Positions 29,076 through 38,676 of a stretch of 64,000 bases of DNA are shown here, piece after piece. Source of the DNA: Eubacteriales bacterium (GTDB lineage: Bacteria > Bacillota > Clostridia > Oscillospirales > CAG-272); the NCBI GenBank assembly GCA_045611685.1, contig JAZKXO010000026.1, forward strand, positions 18,623 through 82,622. The letters are read 5' to 3'. A program made the translations under genes and the position numbers. The stretch's first letter is position 1; each line of letters begins with the position of its first letter. The notes under the pieces are model-generated. The model was not told the origin of the DNA. It was given only the letters and a program-made list of their open reading frames with translations, and made no database searches.

Positions 29076-29340
29076 ACAAAAAGAGAGCCGCCGCACTCCG
29101 TGCAGCAGCTCTGTTTTTCATATAAATACCCACCGTGCCGTGTGAACGGGAAGTTAGAAACCCTGCATTTGCAAGGTTGGTGCCCTCTCCCATCGTTTGT
29201 GCTCCCAACGTCCGCGGTATCGGTCAGATGAGCGATACGCGGGAGGTCTGCATCCCCTCGGGGAAGTCCGGGCTCCACTGGTCTATTGTGGGTTCAATTA
29301 CCCGCCCATCACAAACATAGCAGGCATACGCGCGCGTCTT
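29076..29340 (-). ncRNA. candidate structured RNA (unassigned), or a long structured 3' UTR of the DUF1292 gene, ending in an intrinsic terminator
   Basis: About 260 nt with no credible ORF. Minus-strand helices include GTTTGTG/CACAAAC, CCTCCCGCGTATCG-loop-CGATACCGCGG...GGAG, and CCTTGC-AAAT-GCAGGG. The terminator is AGAGCTGCTGCAC-GGA-GTGCGGCGGCTCT + CTTTTTGT (29112-29076). A second hairpin with T-run lies at 29042-29019. Confidence 0.4.
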
Positions 29341-29348
29341 TGCCTACG

Positions 29349-29672
29349 TCAGTTATCGTAATCGATTGCGTTGAACTGATCGTCAAAGAAATCGGCAACG
29401 GCGTCAAACTCCTCGTCGTCCTCGATGGAGATGAGGATCTCCTCGCCGTTCTCCTCGCGGTCCAGGCGAAGGATCACGTACTCCTCGCTTACCTGATTGC
29501 CTTCGGCGTCAAGCTCGGTCAGCGCGTAGTAGATCTTGCCGTCCTTTTCGCATTCACCGATCAGCTCGAACTGGCTTTCGTTGCCATCCTCGTCCGTCAG
29601 GGTGTAGATTTCGATTTCTTCCGTACCGAGTTCCTCGAGGCCCTCAGTCGGGATCTTTTTTTCTTCAGCCAT
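29349..29672 (-). CDS. DUF1292 domain-containing protein
   Basis: Acidic ~107-aa protein with the pattern IYTLTDEDGNESQFELIGECEKDGKIYYAL...EYVILRL...EEFDAVADFF. RBS GGAGGG lies before the ATG at 29672. Confidence 0.8.
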   Translation of the reverse strand: MAEEKKIPTEGLEELGTEEIEIYTLTDEDGNESQFELIGECEKDGKIYYALTELDAEGNQVSEEYVILRLDREENGEEILISIEDDEEFDAVADFFDDQFNAIDYDN

Positions 29673-29755
29673 GGTGCCCTCCAAAATTGTTGTTTTTATT
29701 GAATCTTATTTATTCGTTTCCGCTGGTTCTATTGTATACGAAATCCCGCCGTTTG

Positions 29756-30376
29756 TCAATAGGTCGGTGAATCGAGGCGCCAGCCGTCGGCGGTTTTTAT
29801 CATCGTTATTTTGACGTTTACCGACTTTTTTCCGTCCAGAAAGGAGGGAAACGAGGCCGTGATGCGGTCGGGCTCGTCGGCGACGACCGTCATTGCAGAG
29901 AAATCGTACGTGCGCCCGACTTCGAACGCCGTCTCGGCAAGATCAATCCGAACGGTGAGAAAGGCATCCTGCTCGATATAGCGGGCGAAGGCGATCTTCG
30001 ACTCGTCCTCTGTCGAGACGCCGGTGAAGGCGATCTCGTACATCGTCTCGCATACTGCGGGCGAGAAAACTGCCGCCGTAGCCTCTCGGATCTCCGACTC
30101 AGACCGGAAGGGAGCCTCCTTTGACACGGGCATATAGTGGACGCTCACGTCCGTACCTTCGGCAAAGCCGAGGAGCGCCGCCACGGCGTCTTCATCCTCG
30201 ATAAAGGGGAGTCCCTCGCCGTAGTAGACCTCGTTCAAAACGTAGGACGCCTCGACGAGTTCTTTGTACGTTTCGCGGATCTCGTCCGCACTAAGGCCGC
30301 TTTTTCCGCACGCCGAAAGCGTGAATACGGATAAAATGAGCACGGCGAAAAGGACGGTTTTTATAAAGGTCTTCAT
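29756..30376 (-). CDS. hypothetical lipoprotein
   Basis: MKTFIKTVLFAVLILSVFTLSAC-GKS carries a lipobox. I recognise no domain. Confidence 0.6.
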   Translation of the reverse strand: MKTFIKTVLFAVLILSVFTLSACGKSGLSADEIRETYKELVEASYVLNEVYYGEGLPFIEDEDAVAALLGFAEGTDVSVHYMPVSKEAPFRSESEIREATAAVFSPAVCETMYEIAFTGVSTEDESKIAFARYIEQDAFLTVRIDLAETAFEVGRTYDFSAMTVVADEPDRITASFPSFLDGKKSVNVKITMIKTADGWRLDSPTY

Positions 30377-30475
30377 AGGTAAACTCCTCATCGTATTTTA
30401 GTATATGAGCGAAGGGGGGATTTTATGCGGGGGATGAAAACAGGGGCAAGACCTCGCACCGGTTTTTCCTCGAAA

Positions 30476-30605
30476 GCCGCTCTCCACTTTTTCTTTGACA
30501 CCAAAGGCACAAAGAAAAAGTTATCAAAAAGAAATGCCGCATCTCAAGGGCGCCGCCCTTGAAACCCGCAAGGGGACGAGTCCCCTTGACCCCGAAGCGG
30601 GGGAT
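30476..30605. repeat. interspersed repeat, copy C
   Basis: ccactttttctttgacaccaaaggcacaaagaaaaagttatcaaaaagaaatgccg...cgcaaggggacgagtccccttgacccc is in the same orientation as copy A. Confidence 0.8.
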
Positions 30606-30630
30606 CACCTCCCTACGCAGAAGAGGGGGA

Positions 30631-32010
30631 TTACTTGCCTACGCAGAAGCGTGCAAAAATGCCGGCGATGATCGCTTCATCAACGGCGCGGCCGTCCACG
30701 CCCATAATATCGGAGACGGCACTCTCGCAAAGCGTACACACCGCGTCGGGGGGATCGCCCGCGGCAAGGGCATCTGCCGCCTCGGCGAGCGCCGATTCGG
30801 CACGGGCAAGGGCGGCGTCCTGTCTTGCATCCCAGATGACGGGATCGCTTGTGAGATCCACGCCGTCCGCGAAAGCGGCACGTGCGATCGCTTGACAGAG
30901 CGTATCCATTCCTTCGCCCGTTTTGGCAGAAACGTGCACCGTTTCCAGGGAAACGGCAGACAGAAGCGCTTTGTCCTCCGCGGTCAGTGCACAGCCCTTA
31001 TCGGCTTTATTGACCACGGCGATCACGGGCGTGCCGTGGGGGAGTGCATCTATCAGATCGCGGCTCTCGTCCCCGAGGGACACCGATCCGTCCGCGACGA
31101 AGAGAACGAGCGAAGCGTCGGTCATCTTCTGCCGTGCTCTCCGAACGCCGATCTCTTCGACCGCATCGGCGGCATCCGTGCGGATACCCGCGGTATCGGA
31201 GAGAAGAAGCGTTACGCCGCCCACGTCTGCGGCGGCGGTCAAGACGTCGCGCGTCGTGCCGGGGATGTCGGTGACGATCGCGTCGTCACGGCCGAGAAGT
31301 GCGTTATAAAGCGAGCTTTTGCCGCTGTTCGGCACGCCCGCGATCACCGTCGGGATCCCGTGCGCGATCGCGTGCCCCGCGCTGAACGTACGGCGAAGCT
31401 TACGAATACGTGCGAGCGCGTCGCCGACGACGGAGCCGATCATTCTCTCGCCCTCGTCGCCCACGTCCTCGTCGGGGTAATCAATGGCGGCGTACAGCGC
31501 GGAGAGAACGCCCGTGATACTGTCGGCGATCTCTTTTGTTTCTTTCGTGATATTGCCGGCGAGCGCCCCTGCCGCGAGCGTGCGGCGGCTCTCTGTATCG
31601 GCGTCGATGAGAAGTCCTACCGCCTCGGCTTCCGAAAGCGTAAGTTTCCCGTTCACGAACGCGCGGCGCGTGAAATCACCGGGGCCTGCGGGCTCGGCGC
31701 CCGCCTCCAGAACGGTTGCGAGAACGGCGCGCGTTACCGCCGTGCCGCCGTGGCACGAGATCTCAACGACGTCCTCACCGGTGAACGATCGGGGGGCACG
31801 GAAAACGGTCGCGATCCCCGTATCAACGAGGGTATCGCCACGGACGATCTTGCCGAAGACCGCCTCTCTCGGGGGGCGCGCGGAAAGCTTTTCTCCCCGC
31901 GGTACGAACACCCGCTCGGCTACCCTCACGGCGTCCGCGCCGCTTATGCGGATAACCGCGATCCCGCCTCGGCCGGGGGGCGTGGACACCGCCGCTACTG
32001 TCGTAAACAT
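30631..32010 (-). CDS. mnmE: tRNA uridine-5-carboxymethylaminomethyl(34) synthesis GTPase MnmE
   Basis: MFTTVAAVSTPPGRGGIAVIRISG, G-domain GVPNSGKSSLYNAL...DTAGIR...NKAD, and the C-terminal CVGK motif. Confidence 0.95.
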   Translation of the reverse strand: MFTTVAAVSTPPGRGGIAVIRISGADAVRVAERVFVPRGEKLSARPPREAVFGKIVRGDTLVDTGIATVFRAPRSFTGEDVVEISCHGGTAVTRAVLATVLEAGAEPAGPGDFTRRAFVNGKLTLSEAEAVGLLIDADTESRRTLAAGALAGNITKETKEIADSITGVLSALYAAIDYPDEDVGDEGERMIGSVVGDALARIRKLRRTFSAGHAIAHGIPTVIAGVPNSGKSSLYNALLGRDDAIVTDIPGTTRDVLTAAADVGGVTLLLSDTAGIRTDAADAVEEIGVRRARQKMTDASLVLFVADGSVSLGDESRDLIDALPHGTPVIAVVNKADKGCALTAEDKALLSAVSLETVHVSAKTGEGMDTLCQAIARAAFADGVDLTSDPVIWDARQDAALARAESALAEAADALAAGDPPDAVCTLCESAVSDIMGVDGRAVDEAIIAGIFARFCVGK

Positions 32011-32050
32011 ATTTATACGATACCGCACCGCGGGGCGCGGTTTTCCTCCT

Positions 32051-33223
32051 TTATTTTACGCGTTGGCGCGTCGCGGCGATCTCCGAAAGGGCACGGGCGA
32101 GCGCGTCCGCCTCGTCTGCCGTATTATCGGGGGAGATGCTGACGCGCACGGTCGTATCCGCCTCGGCGGGGGTAAGACCGAACGCTTCGAGAACGCGGCT
32201 TCCCTTTTTCACCGCATGCGACGAGCACGCCGAGCCTGCCGACACGCAGATCCCGCGAGAAGAGAGATCGTTCAACACCGTTTCGCTCCGGATGCCGGGC
32301 ATCGTTACGGACACGATGCCGTCGATACCGTTTTCGGGTACGTTCACACGGATCTCGGTGGATGCCGAAAGCCCCGCGACGATCCGTTCGCGCACATGGC
32401 GCACCGCCGATGCGTGCTCGGAAAAATTCTCCGACGCTGCGCGGCAAGCTGCAGCAAAAGCCGCGATCCCGGGCAGGTTTTCCGTACCGGAGCGCATCCC
32501 ACTCTCCTGTCCGCCGCCCACGGTTATGGGAATCAGTTTTTTCGCCTTGAGGATCGCCTCGGACACGTAAAGAGCGCCGACACCCTTTACGCCGCCGATC
32601 TTATGCGCACTTACCGTTACCATATCCGCGCCCAAAGCGGCGGGGGTAAAACGGACTTTCATAAAGCCTTGGACGGCATCGGTGTGCGTGACCGCCTGCG
32701 GCGATTTCTCCCGTACGATCCCGAACGCACGGCGAACGTCGTAGAGCGCACCCGTCTCGTTGTTGACGAGCATGAACGTCGCCAGAATCACGCCCTCCGC
32801 GTGGGCTTCTATATAATCGAAATCAAGCGCGCCGCCCTTCGTGGGGACGCGCAAAACCTCAAACCCGTCCGTCTCGAGGCGGCGGACCGCCTCTTCCACG
32901 GCGGGATGCTCGCTGTCCGTTGTAAGAATACGCCCGCGGAAATCGCCTTTTTGCGGGCGGCTCTTCGCGTACACGCTCCCGAAGACGGCGAGGTTGTTCG
33001 CCTCCGTGCCGGAGCCGGTGAAGAACACTCTCCCTTCGGTCTCCCTGCGGATGCCGAGCGCTTTCGCGATCGCGCGGCGGCTCTCGGTGAGAACCTTGTT
33101 CGCGTCGTTGCCCGCGCCGTGCACGGACGAGGGATTCGCCCAGTGCATCTCCATCGCGTCCCTTGCGGCATCTATCGCCTCGGGGATCGGCTTCGTTGTT
33201 GCCGCGTTGTCAAAATAGATCAT
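32051..33223 (-). CDS. cysteine desulfurase (NifS/IscS class V aminotransferase)
   Basis: MIYFDNAATT, the PLP lysine region SAHKIGGVKGVGALY, and the active-site loop SAGSACSS. Confidence 0.92.
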   Translation of the reverse strand: MIYFDNAATTKPIPEAIDAARDAMEMHWANPSSVHGAGNDANKVLTESRRAIAKALGIRRETEGRVFFTGSGTEANNLAVFGSVYAKSRPQKGDFRGRILTTDSEHPAVEEAVRRLETDGFEVLRVPTKGGALDFDYIEAHAEGVILATFMLVNNETGALYDVRRAFGIVREKSPQAVTHTDAVQGFMKVRFTPAALGADMVTVSAHKIGGVKGVGALYVSEAILKAKKLIPITVGGGQESGMRSGTENLPGIAAFAAACRAASENFSEHASAVRHVRERIVAGLSASTEIRVNVPENGIDGIVSVTMPGIRSETVLNDLSSRGICVSAGSACSSHAVKKGSRVLEAFGLTPAEADTTVRVSISPDNTADEADALARALSEIAATRQRVK

Positions 33224-33232
33224 CGGTTTTCC

Positions 33233-33769
33233 TTATTTCGTCCACGCGAACGCGTCGAGAATGCGGGAAAAATCCTCGCTGTGGTCGATGCCCGCGTCAG
33301 AAAGCTCGGTGAACGTAAGAAGATAGAGAACGCCGCCTCTCGCCGCCGCGTACTGCGTATAGCGGTACGTATTCGCCCCGAGCGTGCCCGTATAGGTGAA
33401 TTTTTTGGCGGCCTGTCCGCCGAGGAGCACGTCCTCTTCACCCTCTACGTTGAAATTTTCAAAAATTACCGTAAACTCCTCCTCGTAGCCCGTCCACCAA
33501 TCGGACACGGTGGAATCGGCGTACGGGAGCGCCCAGCTCATAACGGAAACGCTCGTCGGATCATTCGCGGATTTATAAGCGGCGGTGGCGGCGCCGGTCT
33601 GGTTTACCACCCATTCCTCGGGGATAAAGAGCGCGTAATCGCAAAAATCGTCGGACGCCTTCGTCATGCCGTAGGGCACCTCGGGATCGGTGCCGCAGGC
33701 GGTGAGGGAAACGAGGCAGGCGAAAAGAATCATTATGGAAACAATTTGTTTGAAACCGAAAGAGCGCAT
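33233..33769 (-). CDS. hypothetical lipoprotein
   Basis: The signal peptide ends in the lipobox LTAC-GTD. 178 aa with no recognised domain. Confidence 0.55.
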   Translation of the reverse strand: MRSFGFKQIVSIMILFACLVSLTACGTDPEVPYGMTKASDDFCDYALFIPEEWVVNQTGAATAAYKSANDPTSVSVMSWALPYADSTVSDWWTGYEEEFTVIFENFNVEGEEDVLLGGQAAKKFTYTGTLGANTYRYTQYAAARGGVLYLLTFTELSDAGIDHSEDFSRILDAFAWTK

Positions 33770-33979
33770 GAAAATTCCTCCAAGGTATAAAAATCTATAT
33801 TAAGTATAACACTATATAGAAGATAAGTCCAGTATTGATTGTAAATTTTCAAAAAACGCACAAACGGCGGCGGCTGCTGCGCATCCTTGTATAACATTCC
33901 CCCGCTCCGCGCATACTAACCGCGGCAGAGCGTGGGATTTCCACCTCTCACTTTTTATGATTCCGAAAGGCGTATCTTT

Positions 33980-34495
33980 ATGAAAAAGCGTATTCTTTAT
34001 TTTTTAGCCGCGATCTCGCTCGTTCTGTGCTTCACGACGGCGGCTTTTGCGGCGGCTGACAACAACAATCTCGGCGATACGGCACCCGCAGGCGAGACGG
34101 CAGAATGGACCGGCCGCGCCGACGGCGTAATCGACGGCACCTCCGGTGAGGCAGGCGATCACGGTGTGATGGGCGGCGGCATGATGGATGACATGATGGG
34201 CGGCGCCCGTGAGAACAGCGGTATGCAGAACGGCGGCTCCCAAACGGGCGATGCGCAAAACGGCATGGACAACATCATGGGCGGCGGCGCAGGCAACCGA
34301 TCCGGCGAGAACGGCGGTGCCTCCGGCTCCGGACAGACCACGGGCGACACGGGCACCGATACCGGCTCTTCCTCCGCCGGCAACGGCTCGGACGACGGCA
34401 TGTCCGTCTTCGGCGTAATCATCACCATTATCATCATCTTAGCCATCGTGGCGCTGGTGATCGCGCTCATCCCGAAACGCAAATCCGACAGATAA
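33980..34495 (+). CDS. secreted Gly/Met/Asp-rich low-complexity protein with C-terminal TM anchor
   Basis: MKKRILYFLAAISLVLCFTTAAFAA signal, then GVMGGGMMDDMMGGARENSGMQNGG... and a C-terminal VFGVIITIIIILAIVALVIALIPKRK. Confidence 0.6.
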   Translation: MKKRILYFLAAISLVLCFTTAAFAAADNNNLGDTAPAGETAEWTGRADGVIDGTSGEAGDHGVMGGGMMDDMMGGARENSGMQNGGSQTGDAQNGMDNIMGGGAGNRSGENGGASGSGQTTGDTGTDTGSSSAGNGSDDGMSVFGVIITIIIILAIVALVIALIPKRKSDR

Positions 34496-34744
34496 TTTTC
34501 TGACAGAGGGCAGATGTTCGCATCCGCCCTCTATAATTTTATGCATTTTTATGCTTTCTTAACAATTTCGCACTTGACACCTTGTGTATTAGTGATATAA
34601 TATAATAATGTGTAAAAGTATCTATTCGCGTATCCCCTTCCGTTTTTTACGGATTTTCGTATTTTTACATAGAAATTCCCCGCATCGATACGGAATCGAT
34701 CTTTCGATATACCCATCACATTTATCAGGACAACAGGAGGTGCC

Positions 34745-36295
34745 ATGATGACTGAGATCATCATTTCCGCCGCAATTGCTGCGGTGGCTGCGCTTCCGAT
34801 CGGATTTTTCTGTGGCGTGCAGTACCGCCGCCGCGTAGCGGAGGCCGAGATCGGCTCCGCCGAAGCCCAGGCAAGAAAAATACTCGAAGACGGAATCAAA
34901 GCAGCCGAAACGAAGAAAAAAGAAACCCTGCTTGAAGCAAAAGAGGAAATCCTCAAAACGAAAAACGAATTCGACCGCGAGCTCAAGGAGCGCCGCGCCG
35001 AAATCTCCCGCCAGGAAAAGCGCATCGCCACCAAGGAAGAAAACCTCGACCGCAAGGCCGAGAACCTTGAGAAAAAGGACGAAACGCTGACCCGCAAGAT
35101 CAAGGAAACGACCGAACTGCAAGAGGAGATCGAAGGGATCAAAAAAGAGCAGTACGAGCAGCTGCAGAAGGTAGCGGGTCTTACCGCCGCAGAAGCGAAG
35201 GCACAGCTCGTTGAGGAAATGACCGAGGAGATCCGCCGCGAGCAGTCCATCCGCCTCACCGAGCTGGAAGCGGAATTCAAGGAAGAAGCCGACGCGAAGG
35301 CGAAAAACATTATCGCACTCGCAATCCAGCGCTGTGCATCCGATCAGGTAGCGGAGGCGACGGTTTCCGTCGTTGCCCTGCCGAACGACGATATGAAGGG
35401 CCGCATCATCGGCCGCGAGGGACGCAACATCCGCGCGATCGAGCAGATGACCGGCGTCGATCTCATCATCGACGACACGCCCGAGGCGATCACCGTATCG
35501 GGCTTCGATCCCGTACGCCGCGAGGTGGCACGTCTTGCGCTCGAAAAACTCATCTCGGACGGACGTATCCATCCGACGCGCATTGAAGAGACCGTCGAGA
35601 AGGCACGCCGCGAGGTGGATGCCGAGATCAAATCCGCCGGTGAGCGCGCAACGTACGACACGGGTCTGCACGGCTTCCAGCCGGAGATGATAAAACTCCT
35701 CGGCCGTCTGAAATACCGCACGAGCTACGGACAGAACGTCCTTATGCACTCCATCGAAGTATCGCTCCTCTCCGGCATTATTGCCGACGAGCTCGGCTGT
35801 GATTCTACGCTCGCAAAGCGCGCGGGCCTTCTCCACGATATCGGTAAGGCACTGACGCAGGAGGTCGAGGGATCGCACGTACAGCTCGGCGTTGAGCTTG
35901 CAAAACGCTTCCGCGAATCGGCGGACGTGATCCACGCGATCGAGGCGCACCACGGCGACGTGGAGCCGAAGACGCTCGTTGCCATGATCGTGCAGGCGGC
36001 AGACGCAATCTCTGCGGCACGCCCCGGCGCACGCCGTGAGAATCTTGAAAACTACATCAAGCGTCTGACGAAGCTCGAAGAGATCGCCAACTCCTACAAG
36101 GGCGTTGAGAAGAGCTTCGCGATCCAGGCCGGCCGTGAGCTGCGCATCATGGTCAAGCCCGAGATGGTAAAGGACGACGATATGGCACTGGTTGCCCGCG
36201 AGATCGCCCAGAAGATCGAAGGGGAGCTTGAATACCCCGGACAGATCAAGGTAAGCATCATCCGCGAAAACCGCGCCACGGACTACGCAAAATAA
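34745..36295 (+). CDS. rny: ribonuclease Y
   Basis: N-terminal TM segment, coiled coil, KH domain ([15 protein letters not shown]) and HD domain (LLHDIGKA...HH). 516 aa. Confidence 0.97.
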   Translation: MMTEIIISAAIAAVAALPIGFFCGVQYRRRVAEAEIGSAEAQARKILEDGIKAAETKKKETLLEAKEEILKTKNEFDRELKERRAEISRQEKRIATKEENLDRKAENLEKKDETLTRKIKETTELQEEIEGIKKEQYEQLQKVAGLTAAEAKAQLVEEMTEEIRREQSIRLTELEAEFKEEADAKAKNIIALAIQRCASDQVAEATVSVVALPNDDMKGRIIGREGRNIRAIEQMTGVDLIIDDTPEAITVSGFDPVRREVARLALEKLISDGRIHPTRIEETVEKARREVDAEIKSAGERATYDTGLHGFQPEMIKLLGRLKYRTSYGQNVLMHSIEVSLLSGIIADELGCDSTLAKRAGLLHDIGKALTQEVEGSHVQLGVELAKRFRESADVIHAIEAHHGDVEPKTLVAMIVQAADAISAARPGARRENLENYIKRLTKLEEIANSYKGVEKSFAIQAGRELRIMVKPEMVKDDDMALVAREIAQKIEGELEYPGQIKVSIIRENRATDYAK

Positions 36296-36396
36296 AAGAA
36301 AACGGCATCCGCGCCGGGTAAGGGTGATTATGATTTCCCGTGCCCGGCGCGGTTTTTCCGCGCGGGGCGCGTGCCCTTTCAGAAAGGATTCATTTT

Positions 36397-37167
36397 ATGA
36401 AAATTCTCGTTCTCGGCGACGTCGTCGGCGCCGCCGGCACACAGTATCTCGCAGAAGGGCGCAGACTCTGGCGTCTCCGTGATTCGCTCCGTGCCGATCT
36501 CGTGATCGTCAATGCGGAGAACGCCGCACCGGGCAACGGCACCACGCCCGACGCCGCACGCGCGCTCTTTGATGCGGGCGCGGACGTTCTGACCGGCGGC
36601 AATCACTCTTTTCGCCGCCGCGAGTTCTACACGATGCTCGATGACGAAAGATACGTTCTGCGCCCGGCGAACTACCCGTCAGAAGCGCCCGGGCACGGCT
36701 TTTGCATCACCGAATGCGCCGGTTGGCGCCTGCTCGTCATAAACCTCGCGGGATGTGTGTACATGGAGCCGCTCGCGTCTCCGTTTGAGACGGCTGACCG
36801 TATCCTCAAGGAAAACGAAGGACGCTTTGACGGAGCGGTCGTGGATTTCCACGCGGAGGCGACGAGTGAGAAGATCGCGCTTGCGCGTTATCTGGATGGG
36901 CGCGTCTCCGCCGTGTTCGGCACGCACACGCACGTTGCCACCGCAGATATACAGATCCTCCCGGGCGGCACGGGCTATATCACCGACGTCGGCATGTGCG
37001 GCTCGCACGCAGGTATTCTCGGCGTGGCGACCGAGCCGATCCTCAAAAAATTCCTCACAAAAATGCCGTCGTATTTTACCCCTGCCGAGGGGGAGTGTGC
37101 GCTTCACGGCGCGCTCTTTGAGATCGAAAACGGAAAATGCCTCCGCGCCGAGGCGATAAACGCCTGA
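36397..37167 (+). CDS. ymdB: TIGR00282/YmdB-family metallophosphoesterase
   Basis: MKILVLGDVVGAAG...NAENAAPGNG...GNH...GTHTHV, in the conserved position downstream of rny. Confidence 0.9.
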   Translation: MKILVLGDVVGAAGTQYLAEGRRLWRLRDSLRADLVIVNAENAAPGNGTTPDAARALFDAGADVLTGGNHSFRRREFYTMLDDERYVLRPANYPSEAPGHGFCITECAGWRLLVINLAGCVYMEPLASPFETADRILKENEGRFDGAVVDFHAEATSEKIALARYLDGRVSAVFGTHTHVATADIQILPGGTGYITDVGMCGSHAGILGVATEPILKKFLTKMPSYFTPAEGECALHGALFEIENGKCLRAEAINA

Positions 37168-37297
37168 AACGGCGGATTTGTTCTTGAAAAATGTGCGCGC
37201 CCTCTTGTAAAATGTGCGCGGTTTTGCTATAATAAGGTATGGTTATCTTGGGGGCTTCGCCCCCGCGCACCCTTTAGGCGAAAGGAGATCCTACACT

Positions 37298-37672
37298 ATG
37301 AAAGCCTCCCCGACAGCGAAGCGGACGCTTCTCTTTCTTCTGCTCAATTTCGTGATCGTTTTCGTGGTGTACCGGATCTTTCTGTATTTTGAACTCGTCA
37401 TCGGAATGATCTTGTATCTCGCCGCGGCGGCAATCCTCGCGATCGTGTTTTATACGGTCAACCGCGGCTTTGGGAAGCCGATCACCGATCCCGACGATCT
37501 CCCCAAGGCTTGGTCTGCGGCAGAAAAAACCGCGTATCTTGCCGACACGGCAAAGCGGAGCGAGGCGGCTCGAAAAATCCTTCTGTGGTTTTTCCCGATC
37601 GTTCTGACGCTTCTCATTGATATTACGAATCTGTTTCTCCTCGAGCCGCTTCTCGATGCGCTCGGGATGTAA
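37298..37672 (+). CDS. hypothetical small membrane protein (3 predicted TM segments)
   Basis: MKASPTAKRTLLFLLLNFVIVFVVYRIFLYF.... A TTGTAA-17-TATAAT promoter lies at about 37233-37261, overlapped by the direct repeat AAAATGTGCGCG (two copies). Confidence 0.55.
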   Translation: MKASPTAKRTLLFLLLNFVIVFVVYRIFLYFELVIGMILYLAAAAILAIVFYTVNRGFGKPITDPDDLPKAWSAAEKTAYLADTAKRSEAARKILLWFFPIVLTLLIDITNLFLLEPLLDALGM

Positions 37673-37794
37673 TTGCCGGGGGCGGGAGACGAAGCCCCCG
37701 TTCAAATGCAGTTTTCCGCGCGGCGGCGCGAAGCGATATTGATACAGTAAACTTGAACGAAATCCTCATACTACTACGTAAGAAGTGATATACT

Positions 37795-38640
37795 ATGAAA
37801 ACGATTGATCTGCACACGCACTCCCTTCACAGCGACGGGGCGGATTCCCCCGCCGAGGTTGTGCGCCGCGCCCACGAGGCGGGTCTCTCCGCGATCGCCC
37901 TGTCCGACCACGACTGCGTCTCGGGCGTGGAGGAAGCCATGGCGGAAGGCAAAAAACTCGGCGTTGAGGTGATTCCGGCGGTGGAACTGTCCGCGACGTG
38001 CGATACGGAATTGCACATCCTCGGCTACTACATTGACATACATAACGAAAAATTACAAGAAAAACTGAAAGAGGCGATCCGCGTACGCGACGAGCGGCAG
38101 GAGGAAACGTGCCGCAAGCTTCGTGAGCAAGGCTTTGACATCACGATGGAGGAAGCACGCGCTGAGGCGAACGGAAACCCGATCCTCTGCCGCGCGCATT
38201 TCGCGCAGATCATGGTACGGAAAGGCTACGCCGAATCGGTAAAGGACGCGTTCAAGCGGTATCTCTCCGTCGGATGCTACGCCTACTCGAACCGACAGGC
38301 GCTCTCCCCCGAGGAGGCGGTCTCCCTCATCCGTGAGGCGGGCGGCGTCCCCGTGGCGGCGCATCTGCATCTCATCAAAATGCCGGATGATACGCTTTAC
38401 GAATTCTTAAAATCCCTTATCCCCCACGGGCTGTGCGGCGTGGAGGGCTACTACACCGACTACACGCCCGACATGCAGGCGCGCTACCAAAAAATGGCGG
38501 CGGATCTCGGGCTCATCCTCTCCGGCGGCACGGACTACCACGGCAAAAACAAGCCGCACATCTCGATCGGGCGGGGGCTTGGCGATCTTTCCATCCCGTA
38601 CGATTTACTCTATGATATCCGAGCACTGGCAAAGTGCTGA
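37795..38640 (+). CDS. PHP domain-containing phosphoesterase (TrpH/YciV-like)
   Basis: MKTIDLHTHSLHSDG...ALSDHD...AHL...GTDYHG, matching PHP metal-binding motifs. Confidence 0.85.
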   Translation: MKTIDLHTHSLHSDGADSPAEVVRRAHEAGLSAIALSDHDCVSGVEEAMAEGKKLGVEVIPAVELSATCDTELHILGYYIDIHNEKLQEKLKEAIRVRDERQEETCRKLREQGFDITMEEARAEANGNPILCRAHFAQIMVRKGYAESVKDAFKRYLSVGCYAYSNRQALSPEEAVSLIREAGGVPVAAHLHLIKMPDDTLYEFLKSLIPHGLCGVEGYYTDYTPDMQARYQKMAADLGLILSGGTDYHGKNKPHISIGRGLGDLSIPYDLLYDIRALAKC

Positions 38641-38676
38641 ATATAAATAAGAAAATATTACATAAGGAGATTTCCA

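Noticed and set aside
29264-29277. A + strand 14-mer AAGTCCGGGCTCCA that matches the RNase P RNA CR-I core (GAAAGUCCGGGCUCC)
   Set aside because: An RNase P RNA would need about 350 nt extending 3' into the DUF1292 coding region. None of the other conserved regions (for example ACAGAAnCCGGCUUA) is present. I treat it as a chance match or an unrelated helix.
29288-29305. A tRNA/tmRNA T-arm-like GTGGG-TTCAATTA-CCCGC on the + strand, a possible att-site remnant
   Set aside because: The loop is 8 nt rather than 7, there is no complementary acceptor 5' strand or cloverleaf upstream, and there is no integrase or island boundary nearby.
28910-29340. A riboswitch (Moco, cobalamin, ykkC and others) controlling the SulP transporter
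   Set aside because: A separate near-consensus promoter and two terminators lie between the structured region and the gene. I could not align the conserved cores of those riboswitch classes by eye. The region is kept only as an unassigned RNA candidate.
37774-37797. A TGaTATACT -10-like element ending immediately before the PHP gene ATG, implying a possible leaderless mRNA
   Set aside because: A start site 6-8 nt downstream of this -10 would fall inside the coding sequence. The element more likely resembles a -10 by chance, or the true promoter lies further upstream (TTGATA/TTGAAC around 37739-37760).
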